This document shows positions 13,030 through 24,719 of a DNA stretch of 64,000 nucleotides, one piece after another. The DNA is taken from NCBI RefSeq assembly GCF_018350175.1, contig NC_058383.1:26662001-26726000 (forward strand), read 5' to 3'. Both the position numbers and the translations under genes were made by a program. The notes under the pieces were generated by a model that saw only the letters and a list, made by a program, of their open reading frames with translations, made no database searches and was not told where the DNA came from. The stretch comes from Felis catus (lineage: Eukaryota). How positions within the stretch are numbered: position 1 is the first letter of the stretch; each line of letters starts with the position of its first letter.

Positions 13030-13646
13030 CTTTTTTTAATTTAGAAACTTTTAAAAAGTAATCTCTATATCCAGTGTGGGACTTGAACTCATGACTGCAT
13101 GAGTTACACTCATGATCAAGAGTCACCTACTTGGGGCACCTGGGTGGCTCAGTTGGTTAAGCATCCGACTTCAGCTCAGGTCATGATCTCACAGTCTGTG
13201 AGTTTTTTTTTTTTTTTTTTTTTTAATTTTTGTTTTCAACGTTTATTTATTTTTGGGACAGAGAGAGGCAGAGCATGAACGGGGGAGGGGCAGAGAGAGA
13301 GGGAGACACAGAATCGGAAACAGGCTCCAGGCTCTGAGCCATCAGCCCAGAGCCCGACGCGGGGCTCGAACTCACGGACCGCAAGATCGTGACCTGGCTG
13401 AAGTCGGACGCTCAACCGACTGCGTCACCCAGGCGCCCTTCACAGTCTGTGAGTTTGAGCCTCGCATCAGGCTCTGTGCTGACAACTCAGGCTCTGGAGC
13501 CTGCTTCAGATTCTGTGTGTGTGTCTCTCTCTCTCTGACCCTTCCCCGCTCATGCTCTGTCACTCTCTGTCTCAAAAATGAATAAAAACATTAAAAAAAA
13601 AAAAAAAAGAGCCACCTACTCTCCTGACTGAGCCAGCTAGGCATCC
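13030..13646. mobile_element. Triple-nested CanSINEs: outer older SINE (-), middle SINEC_Fc (+, about 13133-13606), inner young SINEC_Fc (-, 13206-13439)
   Basis: Middle TSD aagag(t/c)cacctact at 13118-13131 and 13607-13620; inner TSD tcacagtctgtgagttt at 13189-13205 and 13440-13456. Confidence 0.92.
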
Positions 13647-14414
13647 TATTTCAAGATGTTTCTTGACTTTCCTTTTAGTTTCTTTTTTGACCCATTGCTT
13701 GTTTAGGAGTGTTTTTTAATTCCACATATTTGTTAATTTTCCAGCTTTCTCACTTTTATTGATTTCTGTTTTCATACCATTACGGTTGGAAGAGATACTT
13801 GATTTGATTTCAGTCTTCTTAAATATGTTAAGACTTGTTTTGTGACCTAACATTTGATCTCTCCAGGAGAGATCTGCCCTTGAGAAGAATGTGTATTCTG
13901 TTGATGTTGGATGGAATGCTCCCTAGATGTCCGTTACATCCATTTGGCCTAAAATGTAGTTGAAGTCCAATATTTCTTTTTTGATTTTCTGTCTAGATGA
14001 TCTATTCGTTGTTGCAAATGGAGAATTGATACCCTCTACTACTATTATTGCATTGCTGTCTATTTCTGTCTTCAGATATGTTGCTATTTGCTTAATGTAT
14101 TTAGGTGCTGTGATGTTAAATGCATATCTTTTTATACTTGTTATATCTTCTTAATGAACTGACCTCTTGGTAATTATACAGTGACCTATTTTTTACTTAA
14201 AAGTCTACTTTGTCTGATATAACTACCTTTGCTCTCTTTTAGTTTCCATTTGCATGGAATATCTTTTTCCATTTCTTCCATTTCAACTTACATGTGTCCG
14301 TGAGGCTACAGTAAATTCCTTGTAGGCAGCATATATTGGGTCTTTTTTTTTTTTTTTTAATCCATTTAGCTACTCTATTCCTTTTGATTGGATAATCTAG
14401 CCCATTTACATTTA

Positions 14415-14643
14415 GTTTTTAAAAGTTTTTTTTTTTTTTTTAATGTTTGTTTATTTTTGAGAGAGAGCAGCATGAACAGGGGGCAGGGAGAGAGAGAGAG
14501 AGAGGGAGACACAGAATCTGAAGCAGTCTCCAGGCTCTGAGCTGTCAGCACAGAGCCTGATGTGGGGCTCAAACCCACAAGACACAAGATTATGACCCGA
14601 ACAGAAGTTGTACACTTAACCCAGTGAGCCACCCAGACACCCC
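14415..14643 (-). mobile_element. CanSINE
   Basis: TSD atttacattta at 14404-14414 and 14645-14655. Confidence 0.92.
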
Positions 14644-14979
14644 AATTTACATTTAAAGTAATTGTTGATATACAAGGACTTACTATTGCAATCTTATTTT
14701 CTTTTTCATTATTATTATTGTCATCATTATTTTTGTACTTCTGTTGTTCCTTTCTTCCTCTGCTGCTTGTCTTTCTTTGTGAATTGATGATTTTAGCATA
14801 GTGGTATGCTTTGATTCCTTTCTCTTTTTCTGTTTTGTACCTACTATAGGTTTTTTCCTTTGTGAGTACCGTAAGGTTTATATGATACACTTGTAACCAT
14901 CTTATACTTATAACTGCCTATTTTAAGCTAGTAACAACTTACACTTTGATTGCATATGAAAACTATCACTCTTCCACTT

Positions 14980-15051
14980 TTATTTTTTAATTTAATTTTT
15001 TTAACGTTTATTCATTTTCGAGAGACAGAGACAGAGCGCGAATGGGGGAGG

Positions 15052-15091
<40 letters not shown>

Positions 15092-15212
15092 ATCTGAAGC
15101 AGGCTCCAGGCTCTAAGCTGTCAGCATAGAGCCCGACACAGGGCTCGAACTCACGGAGTAGACCACGAGATCATGACCTGCACCAAAGTCAGATGTTTAA
15201 CCGACTGAGCCC
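14980..15212 (-). mobile_element. CanSINE with an expanded (AG)n tract
   Basis: Antisense SINEC body (gaagcaggctccagg..gagatcatgacctg..ccgactgagcc). Confidence 0.9.
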
Positions 15213-15744
15213 ACCGCTTTTATTTTTTGATGTCACAAGTTACTTCTTTCTATATTGTGTACCTATTAACCAATTATTGTAACTATAGTTATTTTTAACT
15301 GGATACCAAGGAATCTAGGCCACCCAGACATTCAAGCTACTCACTCTTGGTGCTTCATGGGGAAGTTGGTGCACATGAAGTAGAGAGCCTGACCAATTTT
15401 CATAGGCAAATTATCTCGGAATCTATTTTGTTTGTTAGATAGCCAGTATTTTGTAATGGAAGGTTGCCCATTATTAACCACCTCAAGTGCCTCTGTTGCT
15501 CACATTGAGCTTGCAGAACTGAATTATTGTTGAGTCCCTGGAATTGGGATTGTTGAGAGGCCCCCGCCTGATGGAAGCTGCCTCAGTGCTTTGCTAGCCC
15601 TCTGTTAAGCTGGGAACCACCTAGCTTTGGTGGCCAGGGGGCTGAGGTCAGAGCCAGCAGGCAGGGCTGCTGTGGTGGAGCATTTATGTTGTCTGTGTAT
15701 TCCAACATTTGTCAGAACCAGTATGAGAGATCAGAGTCTGTGCT

Positions 15745-16825
15745 CTTCAGTAGAAATATAATGCCAGCCTTATGTGTAGATTAAAATCTTCTGATCACTC
15801 TGTTTAGAAAAGTAAAAAGACCAAGAGAAATGAAAACATGTCTCCACAAAATCTTGTGCATCACTGTTCATAGCAGCATTACTCAAAATAGCCAAAATAT
15901 GGAGGGAACTCAAATGTTTATCAACTGATAAAGATGTGGTCTATCCATACATTGGAACATTATTTGGCAATAAAAAGAAGCAAAGCACTGACACCTGGTA
16001 TAAAATGATATTAGTGCAAACATGCTAAGTGAAAGGAGCCAGACACAAAAGACCGTATATTATATGATTCCATTTCTATGAAATATCCAGAACAGGCAAA
16101 TCCATAGAGACAGGAAGTAGAATAGTTAAGGCCAAGGGCTGAGGGAAATAGGAAATGGGGGGTGACTGCTAATGGGTAACTGGTTTCTTTTTAAGGTGAT
16201 GAAAATGTTCTAAGAGGGGCAGGTGGGTGGCTCAGTGGGTTAAGTGGTTAAGTATCTGACTCTTGGTTTCCACTCAGACCATGATCTCACCATTTGTGAG
16301 TTTGAGCCCCGCCTCAGGCTCCTCACTGACAGTGTGGAACCTGCTTGGGATTCTCTCTCTCTCCCTCTCTCTCTCCCTCTCCCCCACTCATGCTCTGTCT
16401 CTCTCTCTCAAAATAAATAAATAAAACTTAAAAATAATTTTTTTAAATTAAAAAAAGATGTTCTAAGATCGATTGTGGTGATGGTTGCACAACTTTGTGA
16501 ATATACTAAAAATGAGTGAGTTACACACTTTAAGTGGGTGAATTATATGGTATGTGAAGTATATATCAACAAAACTGTTTAAAAAGAAAAAAAACAGGTA
16601 AAGTTAACTTTACTGATACGTTTTCTGTAACTCAAAATGTTCAAAATAGTATCATTTGAATATGTAATCAATGTAAAACATTAATGAGAGATTTCACATT
16701 CTATTTGGTAAAAACAATCTTTGAAATCTGGTGTGTATTTTACAGTTATGGTCCACCACTTTGGATTAGCCACATATCAAGGGCTCAGTAGCCACATTCA
16801 GTCAGTGGCTTCCATGCTGTATGGA
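15745..16825. mobile_element. MER33-like hAT-Charlie element split by an L1M 3' end (+, about 15830-16585), which is itself split by a CanSINE (+, 16216-16457)
   Basis: MER33-type halves (agtagaaatataatg..aaaagtaaaaaga / aaacaggtaaagttaac..tagccacat..ctcagtagccacat); SINE TSD atgttctaaga at 16205-16215 and 16458-16468. Confidence 0.75.
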
Positions 16826-16904
16826 CTTCTAGGTTGTTCTTAGCTTTCTACCTGCAAAAGTCTCTCTCCGTCTTCCTTCCCCTCCTCCTTTACAAACCCA
16901 AACA

Positions 16905-17095
16905 GGCCTGGGTTCACATCACTTTTTGGCACTTACTAGGAGTATAACTTTGAGGCTATTATTTAATCTTTCTGAATGAGTTTTCCTTTGTGTGAAAGGG
17001 CCATAATTACAGAGGGGTTGTGTTCAGGGTTAATCGAGATACTCAGTATAAATTTAGAATGGTGGTTGGCATACAGTGCTCAATCTGTTAGTTGT
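16905..17095 (+). mobile_element. MIR
   Basis: cctgggttcacatc..cacttactag..tttcctttgtgtgaaaggg..acagaggggttgtg core. Confidence 0.65.
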
Positions 17096-17349
17096 TATTT
17101 TTTCCTTAACCTCGCAAGGCAGGACAGCCTATATACTTAGGTGGGAAAGACTTGGAACCAGAGAACTTGGGCTGAAACCCTGGTCTTGTCACATACAAGC
17201 TGGCTCGTGGGGGAGCCTGTTACATCGGCAGACCTGTCACACCCACAGCTCCTTCATGGAGTTCTTTACTCTGAGTCACCATACTCTGCAGCTTAGGACC
17301 CAGGATACAGCTGATTGTACCGGAGTGGACACCCACCCTGAGGGCAGAC

Positions 17350-17892
17350 AACATCTAGGCTGGTTGGAGGACTGGGAAATCCAACCCACAGGGATGCTAG
17401 GGACCAACTGAACGGTTCAGATTCTTTCTTTTGCAGAATTTGAATATGAGGCATAGAGGAAAGACCAGTGTCAATATTGGAGGCAGAAGCACAAGACGCG
17501 CAGAAGGACGGTTCTAAGTAGAAGCCTTAAGTCAACCTAAGCTATGGTGGGGAGAAGCCATGGATTAGCAGGAATTCTGAGTCAGCAGAAATTGCGAAGG
17601 AGGGCACAGTGGGGACAGCAGAGGAGTAGGCCAAGACCCAGAGGTGTTGAGTCACCATGATAGTGGGGCCCCAGAGTACTGGCCTAGGATGCCCCTGATG
17701 AGGGGCATCCAAGCGTTCTGCCACTGAGTTACCGAGCTGCCGTCAGGTGACTTGTGCTCCTGCTGTAACCCAAAGTTTTGCCAGCCTCTAGGAGCCCTGG
17801 TTGGGTGGCTAAGACTTTGGTCTTCCCAGTCTCCTAATGAAACCCAAGAATGTTTCTCTTCCTTGCAACCTACAAGAACCTGACATGACAAC
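17350..17892 (+). mobile_element. Old MLT1-family (MaLR) LTR remnant
   Basis: MLT1-like 3' end gtttctcttccttgcaacc..aagaacctgac; boundaries approximate. Confidence 0.45.
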
Positions 17893-18105
17893 ACCAGCAA
17901 TATCACAACTCCTCTGAGGCTGTTTCCTCACCTGTGAAGTGGGGACAGCTGTGGCCTTTGGGTTCAGCATTCCTTCCTTGGGGGCAGTGACTTTTATCTG
18001 ACACTTTGCAGTTCTGGGCTTGCTAGTCATGGGACTCCACCTTCAAGGTGGCCACATAATCCAGGCCAATCCGGACAGACTCTGCATTGCAGGGATGTGT
18101 CTGTC

Positions 18106-18198
18106 TTCCTTCCTTCCTTCCTTCCTTCCTTCCTTCCTTCCTTCCTTCCTTCCTCTCTTCCTTTTCTCTTTTCTTTTCTTTCAATATTTATTTATTTT

Positions 18199-18248
<50 letters not shown>

Positions 18249-18423
18249 ACATATAGAGTGCAAGTGGTGGAGGGGTAGAGAGAGGGAGACCCAGAATCTG
18301 AAACAGGCTTCAGGCTCTGAGCTCTCAGCACAGAGCCTGACGTGGGGCTCGAACCCATGAACCATGAGATCATGACCTGAGCTGAAGTTGCATGCTTAAC
18401 CGACTGAGCCACCCAGGCACCCC
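18106..18423 (-). mobile_element. CanSINE with a (TTCC)n tail and (AG)n tract
   Basis: (TTCC)n at about 18106-18153, (GA)n at about 18202-18245, head ccgactgagccacccaggcacccc. Confidence 0.92.
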
Positions 18424-18777
18424 TCCCCTTTTTAAAATAATAATGCTAACTGGACACCCATCTTTCCGGGTTGTTTTTAAGTGAAATAAGTGACTCCTAG
18501 GGAGACAGGCCTTCCTGCCCCTGGTTGTTCATCTCTCCTGCCCTTTCCTGTTCTATCTGACCTGTCTGCACTCCCTGCCTAACATCTCTGGGCCCAGTGT
18601 GCCTGAAATAGTCCAGTGTTTTTCTTCTTTGAAGGAGTATTCTAAGCCTAAGCCAACCCCCAGTTACCAGAGGCTTTACCAAGTCCTTGCCAAGTGCCTT
18701 TTCAGGCTTCAGTTTCTCTTCATAATTTAAGAATATGTGATGACTCCTTGAGATTTAAATCAAACGGGGCTCCTCTC

Positions 18778-18810
18778 TGCAGTACCACACAGTCCCCGTA
18801 GGTGGCAGCA
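18778..18810 (+). promoter_or_regulatory. CTCF binding site: core plus upstream (zinc finger 9-11) motif
   Basis: TGCAGTACC (18778-18786), 5-bp spacer, then core gtccccgtaggtggcagca (18792-18810) matching CCASYAGRKGGCRS with one mismatch; lies in unique CpG-containing sequence. Confidence 0.7.
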
Positions 18811-19486
18811 TGTCATCGCAGATGTCCCAGAACGTCGGTTCTGGCGCTGGAGAGGAGACTGGAGGGGGCGCGTGAGATGCTGGCATAGAGCACTTGCTCT
18901 CAGTAGGGGAGAGGAGGGTGCAGGAGGCGGGAGGAAGGAAAGTGGACTTTTACTGGCCTCGAGGCAAAAGAGAGCTGGTTTGAGGTTTGGAGGGCCGGAG
19001 TAGTTGGTGCACCCAGTCCCTCCACCCATCTGCCTATCCATCCTCCAACACTTATTTTTGGGCACCTCTGCCAGGCTCTGGAGATGCTGCCATGAACAAG
19101 ACAGACACAGGCAGTCTCTCTCCTCACCGCCTTGGAAACATCCTCCCCCGCCCCTGCCTCCGCCAAAGCCTTTATGTAGCATGCCCCTTTGCCTTCTGGG
19201 CTTGTTTTCTCATCTGCAAAACGGGATAATAAACCACGTACCTCACAGGGTGAGCCCCACCTCACCCTCCACAGGAACTGAAAAGACTGCCCACCTCTGC
19301 AGTCATGGGCTGAGGGCTCAGTGTCCTTCTGTATCGAGGGAAACACCTGCAGTCTCCACTACTTCTGCAAAGTCTAGTTAAGCCTTGAACTTGAAGGAAT
19401 TGGCCAGGCCTGTGAGAAACCCCAGAAACTGCAGATTTGAATTTGATGGTTTGCGTCTATTTTAGGTTTCAGTGAAGAAATATTTC

Positions 19487-19695
19487 CTTTCTTTTTTTAA
19501 GCTTATTTATTTATTTTGAAAGACAGAGAGAGAGAGAGCCAGGGAGGGACAGAGGGAAAGGGGAGAAAGAATGCCAACGAGGTTCTGTGCTGTCAGCGCA
19601 GAGACTGATGTGGGGCTTAAACTCACGAACTGTGAGACCATGATCTGAGCCAAAATCAAGAGTTGGATGCTTAACTAACAGCCATGCAGGAGTCC
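19487..19695 (-). mobile_element. CanSINE
   Basis: TSD tcagtgaagaaatatttc at 19469-19486 and 19696-19713. Confidence 0.92.
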
Positions 19696-19732
19696 TCAGT
19701 GAAGAAATATTTCTAAGGAAAGAAGTTGGAAA

Positions 19733-20282
19733 CATTATACTACTGATATAGATCATCTATGCATATACATATATACATACCCACATATATATATACACAC
19801 TGATCTATACACACAATTTATCATATGTGCTGGTACACATATGTGTACATATCCATATATACACAACACTGATATATATCACATATGCTGACATACATGT
19901 ATACATATACATACACATGCACACACATATGCTCTGTGTATACATGCTAATGTGCTGGTATTCATATACACATATGTGTATACACACATTGATATATAAT
20001 ATACACACTATATACACATAGGTGCTGATCTGTATACACACATATATGCTTATATATACATACATATATGTGTATACACATGTATACGTATTGATTTATA
20101 TCATGCAGACATATATGCACCCTGGTATGTATCATATTCACATATATACACACTGATATGTATCTTATATTCTGATATACATGTATATGCATACATACAT
20201 AAACATACGGATATATGTATACTGATACACATGTACACACATATTCACGCTGATGTATAACATATATACACACACATCCACA
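19733..20282. repeat. Degenerate (TA/CA)n low-complexity array punctuated by CTGAT-like motifs
   Basis: Alternating purine-pyrimidine runs with recurring cactgatat/gctgat/ctggta anchors. Confidence 0.9.
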
Positions 20283-20662
20283 TGAGAACAATTGGTAGGG
20301 CCTTTTACTGAGTGTCAAGGTTGCTTTTAGATGCTTGTAACCCTTTGGACCTGTCTGTAGTGTTCCTATTACTAGCATTTCCAATATTATTACCCTATTT
20401 CTGTTATTATATCTTGCTCTTTCACTTCTTAATGTAAACCAGATATCATCTGGGGACCTTTTTGTGCCTGTGATCTCAATAAGATTCCCCAGAATGTCCC
20501 TTCTTCCACCCCCCCCACCTCTGTCCCATTTCTGACAAGGTCTCCAGGGCCTTTCTGGGATTTCTGCTAACTCCTGGCTTTTTGTGTCCCTGAGACTTTG
20601 TTTCCTAGTGGGATGCCTCTGACTTGCAGCATATAACATTCTTTTTTATTTTTATTTTTTTT

Positions 20663-21005
20663 CAACAGCAATAACAACCACCAAAACTTTATTAACACAA
20701 CTCACACTAGGCCTCTGTGAGTTTAGCAGACTCTCAGGAAGCTCATGGGAGGCGTCCTGGGAGGGATCACATGTCAGCCACCTGACTCCCTCATGCTTCT
20801 CATTGTTCGGAGCTTTGCCCACCATCTCGCACTTCCTCCCGTTTGCTGATTTGCCCCCAGCCACCACATCCTTCTCCATCTGGTATGCCAGCCCTAGCCC
20901 TGGAGGACTGGGGGTTCTTTGAAGCTGGGGTGTCATCCGGCAGCATACCCCTTGGAAACTCATGTGGGTGATTAAATGTACATACTGTGTAGTCAGATGT
21001 TTCAC
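20663..21005 (-). other. Candidate terminal exon of a minus-strand transcript
   Basis: Minus strand: cttaat branch-like motif + gtttttctcccccattttcctactttctcAG|GTGAAA (AG at 21007-21006); AATAAA at 20693-20688, then a GU-rich stretch and a genomic A-run from 20662. Confidence 0.4.
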
Positions 21006-21659
21006 CTGAGAAAGTAGGAAAATGGGGGAGAAAAACATTAAGAGTGGCTTTGATCGCTTTTGAGTTTGTGATACCAAGTCAAATGTCCACAGACCTAGGG
21101 CTGGCATTGAGGGGAGAGGACAGGCTGTGTGTGGGGTGCAGATTCAGGAGTCTGTCATCATGGTTAGCAGGCATCTGGAGACTTGAGAATAGATTCGTCT
21201 CTTAGAAAGCCAGTGCCCTCTGACACCCAGGACCTGGCACATGGCTTGTCTGCCTGTGCCTTCCTCCCTATGGAGGGCTTTCTGCAGGCCCTTAGGCTGG
21301 ATTAGATGATGATGCACAGGAGGTCCAAGACCTCAGGCAAATGTGCTTTCTTTTCTTAGACATGTCTGAGGCAGGATGGCTTGAGGACCAAGCATCTCAA
21401 TGACAATATCATTTTGCTTCTCTTCTCAGTGAATTGACTTAGAGCTTGTGCTAAGAGACCCTGCCTGCAGGTGCTGGAGCCTGTTAGGAACAAGGCAGAG
21501 TAGGGCAGGTAAAGAGTATTTCTCTTCGCTTGGCCTGAAATCTAGGGAATCTAGGAATTGTGTGGTCTGACTTGGGGCACTCAAGGGGGTCTTTCATGGC
21601 CTGTTGGAGTATCGAGACCCAGCTGTGAATGCAGAGCAGTGGCTTGAAAGGACAGGCTC

Positions 21660-21917
21660 GGGGCGCCTGGGTAGCTCAGTCGTTAAGTGTCTGACTTTGG
21701 TGCGGGTCATGATCTCGTGGTTCATGAGTTCAAGCCCCACATCAGGTGAGCTCAAGTTCTGCTTTAGGTGAGCTCGAGATCTGCATTGGGTGAGCATGAG
21801 CCCCGCTTCGGGTGAGCCCTGCTTCTCTGTCACTCTGTCTCTCTCTCTCTCTCTTATTTTCTCTCTGTCCCCCCCTCACATATGCCCCTGTTCTCTCTCC
21901 TTAAAAAAAAAAAAAAG
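21660..21917 (+). mobile_element. Atypical CanSINE with an internal tandem array of 22-bp units
   Basis: Units start at 21725, 21747, 21769, 21791 and 21813 (partial); TSD gaaaggacag(g/a)ct at 21646-21658 and 21918-21930. Confidence 0.9.
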
Positions 21918-22729
21918 GAAAGGACAGACTTAGAGAGGTGAAGTGACTTGCCTGAGGCCACACAATTTATTGGGTCAGAACTGAGATTTGATCCTGGGCG
22001 TGTCTGACTTGGTGCTGGACTCTTTTCAGTATAGGATTCATCCAGTCCCACACACCTATTCTAGAAGGAAGAAGGTGGTGAAGTGTGTGCTACGGGAGAG
22101 GGGCTTGTTGGCTAGGACTCCAAGCTGGTGCTGGATCCCATGGGGCCTTGGGGTGAGGAAGTGGCAGGGGACACCCTGAAATTGAAATGCAGGCTGCAGC
22201 CTCAAGGAGAGAGGAGCTAACAGTAAGAAGGCCCTGGTCAAGGGCACTCAGCTGCTGGCCTGTATGAAAGGGCTGAAGGGGTAGGTGGGAGAAGGGGAGG
22301 GGCACTCAGCCAGGAGCACAGGAAGTTCTAGGTTTTGGTTTGAAGTTGGAAAATACCAGCGGTTCCTACTTGCACTAAAACCAGGAAGAGATAGGTTTTT
22401 CTTCATAAAATAGAGCTGAGTGGAGAGTTTGCAAAGGAAGCAGTGATCTGCAGACTGGGGCCAGAAGTCACCAAACTAATGTGGTAATCTGCAGAGCAGC
22501 GTCTCAAAGCTTATTTGGAGTAGATCACAGCCCAAAGCTATTCCAAATGGGGACCTCCCAGAGGAGCCACCAGGATGCAAGAGGAAGAGTTAGATGCTGG
22601 GCAAAACCTAAAAGAAAGAGAGAAAAGCAGAACTCCAGTGTGACAATAGGAAAGCCCATCATAGCCATCATTACTGTTGTCATCATTACCAACAGCAGCC
22701 ACTAGAGTGATTTTCTAAGCATCCAGTGA

Positions 22730-23475
22730 CTTCGCACCTCCTTCAGGGTCAAAGCCATATCTTCTCACTGGCCTAAAAGGCCCCCTGCCCTTTGGCTTGG
22801 CATTGCTTCTCTGACCTCTCACAACCTATTATTCTCCCCTCCTTCCGTCTTCCTGGCCGCCAGTGTTGCTCCAACACACCAGGCTCCCTCCTGCCTTAGG
22901 ACATTTGCCTGTGCTCTCTCCCCTCTGCCTGGAATGCTCTTCCCAGGCGTCCTAATGACATCCTCCCTCACTTTCTGCAGGCTTTCTCAAAGATCCCCCT
23001 CTCAACAAGACTGTCCTTGATGACATGTCTAAATTTGCAAAGCTCCTTCTCCCTCCTCCACTCCTCTCCATGAATGGGTAGGGAATCCCTATCCACTTCT
23101 GCATCTAAAAGTTTCCCCACAGGACTTCTTGCCGTATTCATGCTATGTGTTTCTGTTTCTTGTGTATTTCTTTTTTTTTTTTTTTAACGTTTATTTGTTA
23201 TTGAAAGAGAGAGTCAGAGCATGATCAGTGGAGGGGCAGAGGGAGACACAGAATTCGAAGCAGGCTCCAGACTCAGAGCTGTCAGCACAGAGCCCGACGT
23301 GGGGCTTGAACTCACAAACTACGAGATCATGACCTGAGCCGAAGTCAGATGCTTAACTGACTGAGCCACCCAGGCGCCCTGTGTTTTGTGTATTTCTGTG
23401 CACATGAATGTAAGCTCTCTGAGGGCATGGGATTCTGGAACAGTGCCTGGCACAGAGCAGGCACTCAGTGTTTGT
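22730..23475 (+). mobile_element. L2 3' region, interrupted by a CanSINE (-, about 23170-23379)
   Basis: cctgccttaggacatttgc..ctctgcctggaatgctcttccc; aatgtaagctc..aacagtgcctggcacagagcaggcactcag. Confidence 0.75.
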
Positions 23476-23477
23476 TC

Positions 23478-23713
23478 CTTTTTTTTTTTAATTAAAAAAA
23501 TTTTTTTTAATGTTTAGTTATTTTCGAAAGAGAGAGAGAGAGAGAACACGATTGGAGGAGGGCAGAGAGAAGAGGGAGACACTGAATCCAAAGCAGAATC
23601 CAGGGTCTGAGCTGTCAGCACAGAGCCCAACATGGGGCTTGAACCCATGAACTGTGAGGTCATGATCCTGAGCCAAAGTCAGATGCTCAACCAACGGAGC
23701 CATCCAGGCGCCC
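23478..23713 (-). mobile_element. CanSINE
   Basis: Flanked by the direct repeat cactcagt(g/a)tttgttc. Confidence 0.9.
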
Positions 23714-23999
23714 CACTCAGTATTTGTTCTTGAACGAGGGAGTCACAGATGAAGGTTCATGCTTTGGAGCTGTGGGCTAAAGCAACATGTCTAACATGGC
23801 TGATGCTTGAGAGTTCTGTTCCGAGGGGTCTGGCTTTGAGGGTCCCCAGGACCCAGAGTGTGAAACTCTACTCCTTGGACAACATCTGGGACCAATACCT
23901 GATTGACAGGGGGTGGGGGAGGTTGGGACTCAGCTTCAAACTAATTCTAGCCCTGTGGAAATCACCTATGACTCACCACTAACAGGGTAAACAGAACTT

Positions 24000-24207
24000 C
24001 TTTTTAAAATTTTTTTAATTTTTAAATTTTATTGGAGAAAGAGAGCATGTGAGCAGGGGAGAGGAACACAGAGAGAGAGGCAGAGGGAGAGAGAGAGAAT
24101 CTTAAGCAGCCTCCATGACACATGGCTCAGTCCCTCAGCCCTGGGATCATGACCTGAGCTGAAATCAGGAGTTATACACTCAACTCACTGAGCCACCCAG
24201 GACCCCC
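24000..24207 (-). mobile_element. CanSINE
   Basis: Antisense body ending actgagccacccaggacccc; flanked by cagaact. Confidence 0.85.
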
Positions 24208-24719
24208 CAGAACTGCTGCTTTTATCACTAATGAGAATATTCTAGTCCCTACAAACAAACAGCTCACAATTTATTCACTGGGAAGAAAGAAAGGTATGTG
24301 GAAAGAAGGAGGCACTATCAGAGGGAGGAGTGTCAAGATGTTAAAGTTGAGTTACTCAGAATAATTGATTTACAATGCTCCACGGCAAGGAAATTGCATC
24401 CAATCAGGAGCTGTCTATACAATTTCCCACTAATTGTCACCAGGTGCCATGGTCGGGTAATGAGTTTTGGGACACAGGGGACTCAGATGTGGTGAGCCAA
24501 GAAGATCATTTTGGTCTTTGATCTGAGATAGGCGGAACTTCAGGATCCTTCTTCTTCCTAGAAGCCTGCTTCTTTACTCAACATTTTATTGATCCAGAGG
24601 GTGCTGGACCAGGGGAAATGTGGAAGGATGCACACCTGGGATTAGGTCACTAAGCCTGGACCCCCAGGGGCTAGAAGCTGCCTAGTTGAGGGACATATTC
24701 TTGGACTTCTTACTCCTCA

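Larger units (their letters stand above)
9360..15300 (-). mobile_element. Older long L1 (L1MA/L1_Carn-like: 3'UTR, degenerate ORF2, inter-ORF region), interrupted by a younger L1 and SINEs
   Basis: Continuous antisense L1 ORF2-like sequence (e.g. gaaccatccttgc, ccttgagaagaatgtgtattctg, aagtccaatatttc), heavily frameshifted. Confidence 0.9.

Noticed and set aside
17420..17440. Plus-strand acceptor ttctttcttttgcag
   Set aside because: Within an MLT1-like LTR remnant, with no convincing partner donor.
19962..20639. 225-aa minus-strand ORF
   Set aside because: The second half is translated TA/CA low-complexity sequence (Y/I/C/V/M-rich); no recognisable domain.
21725..21825. Regularly spaced short repeats considered as a CRISPR-like array
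   Set aside because: Contiguous tandem units with no unique spacers, inside a mammalian SINE; no cas genes.
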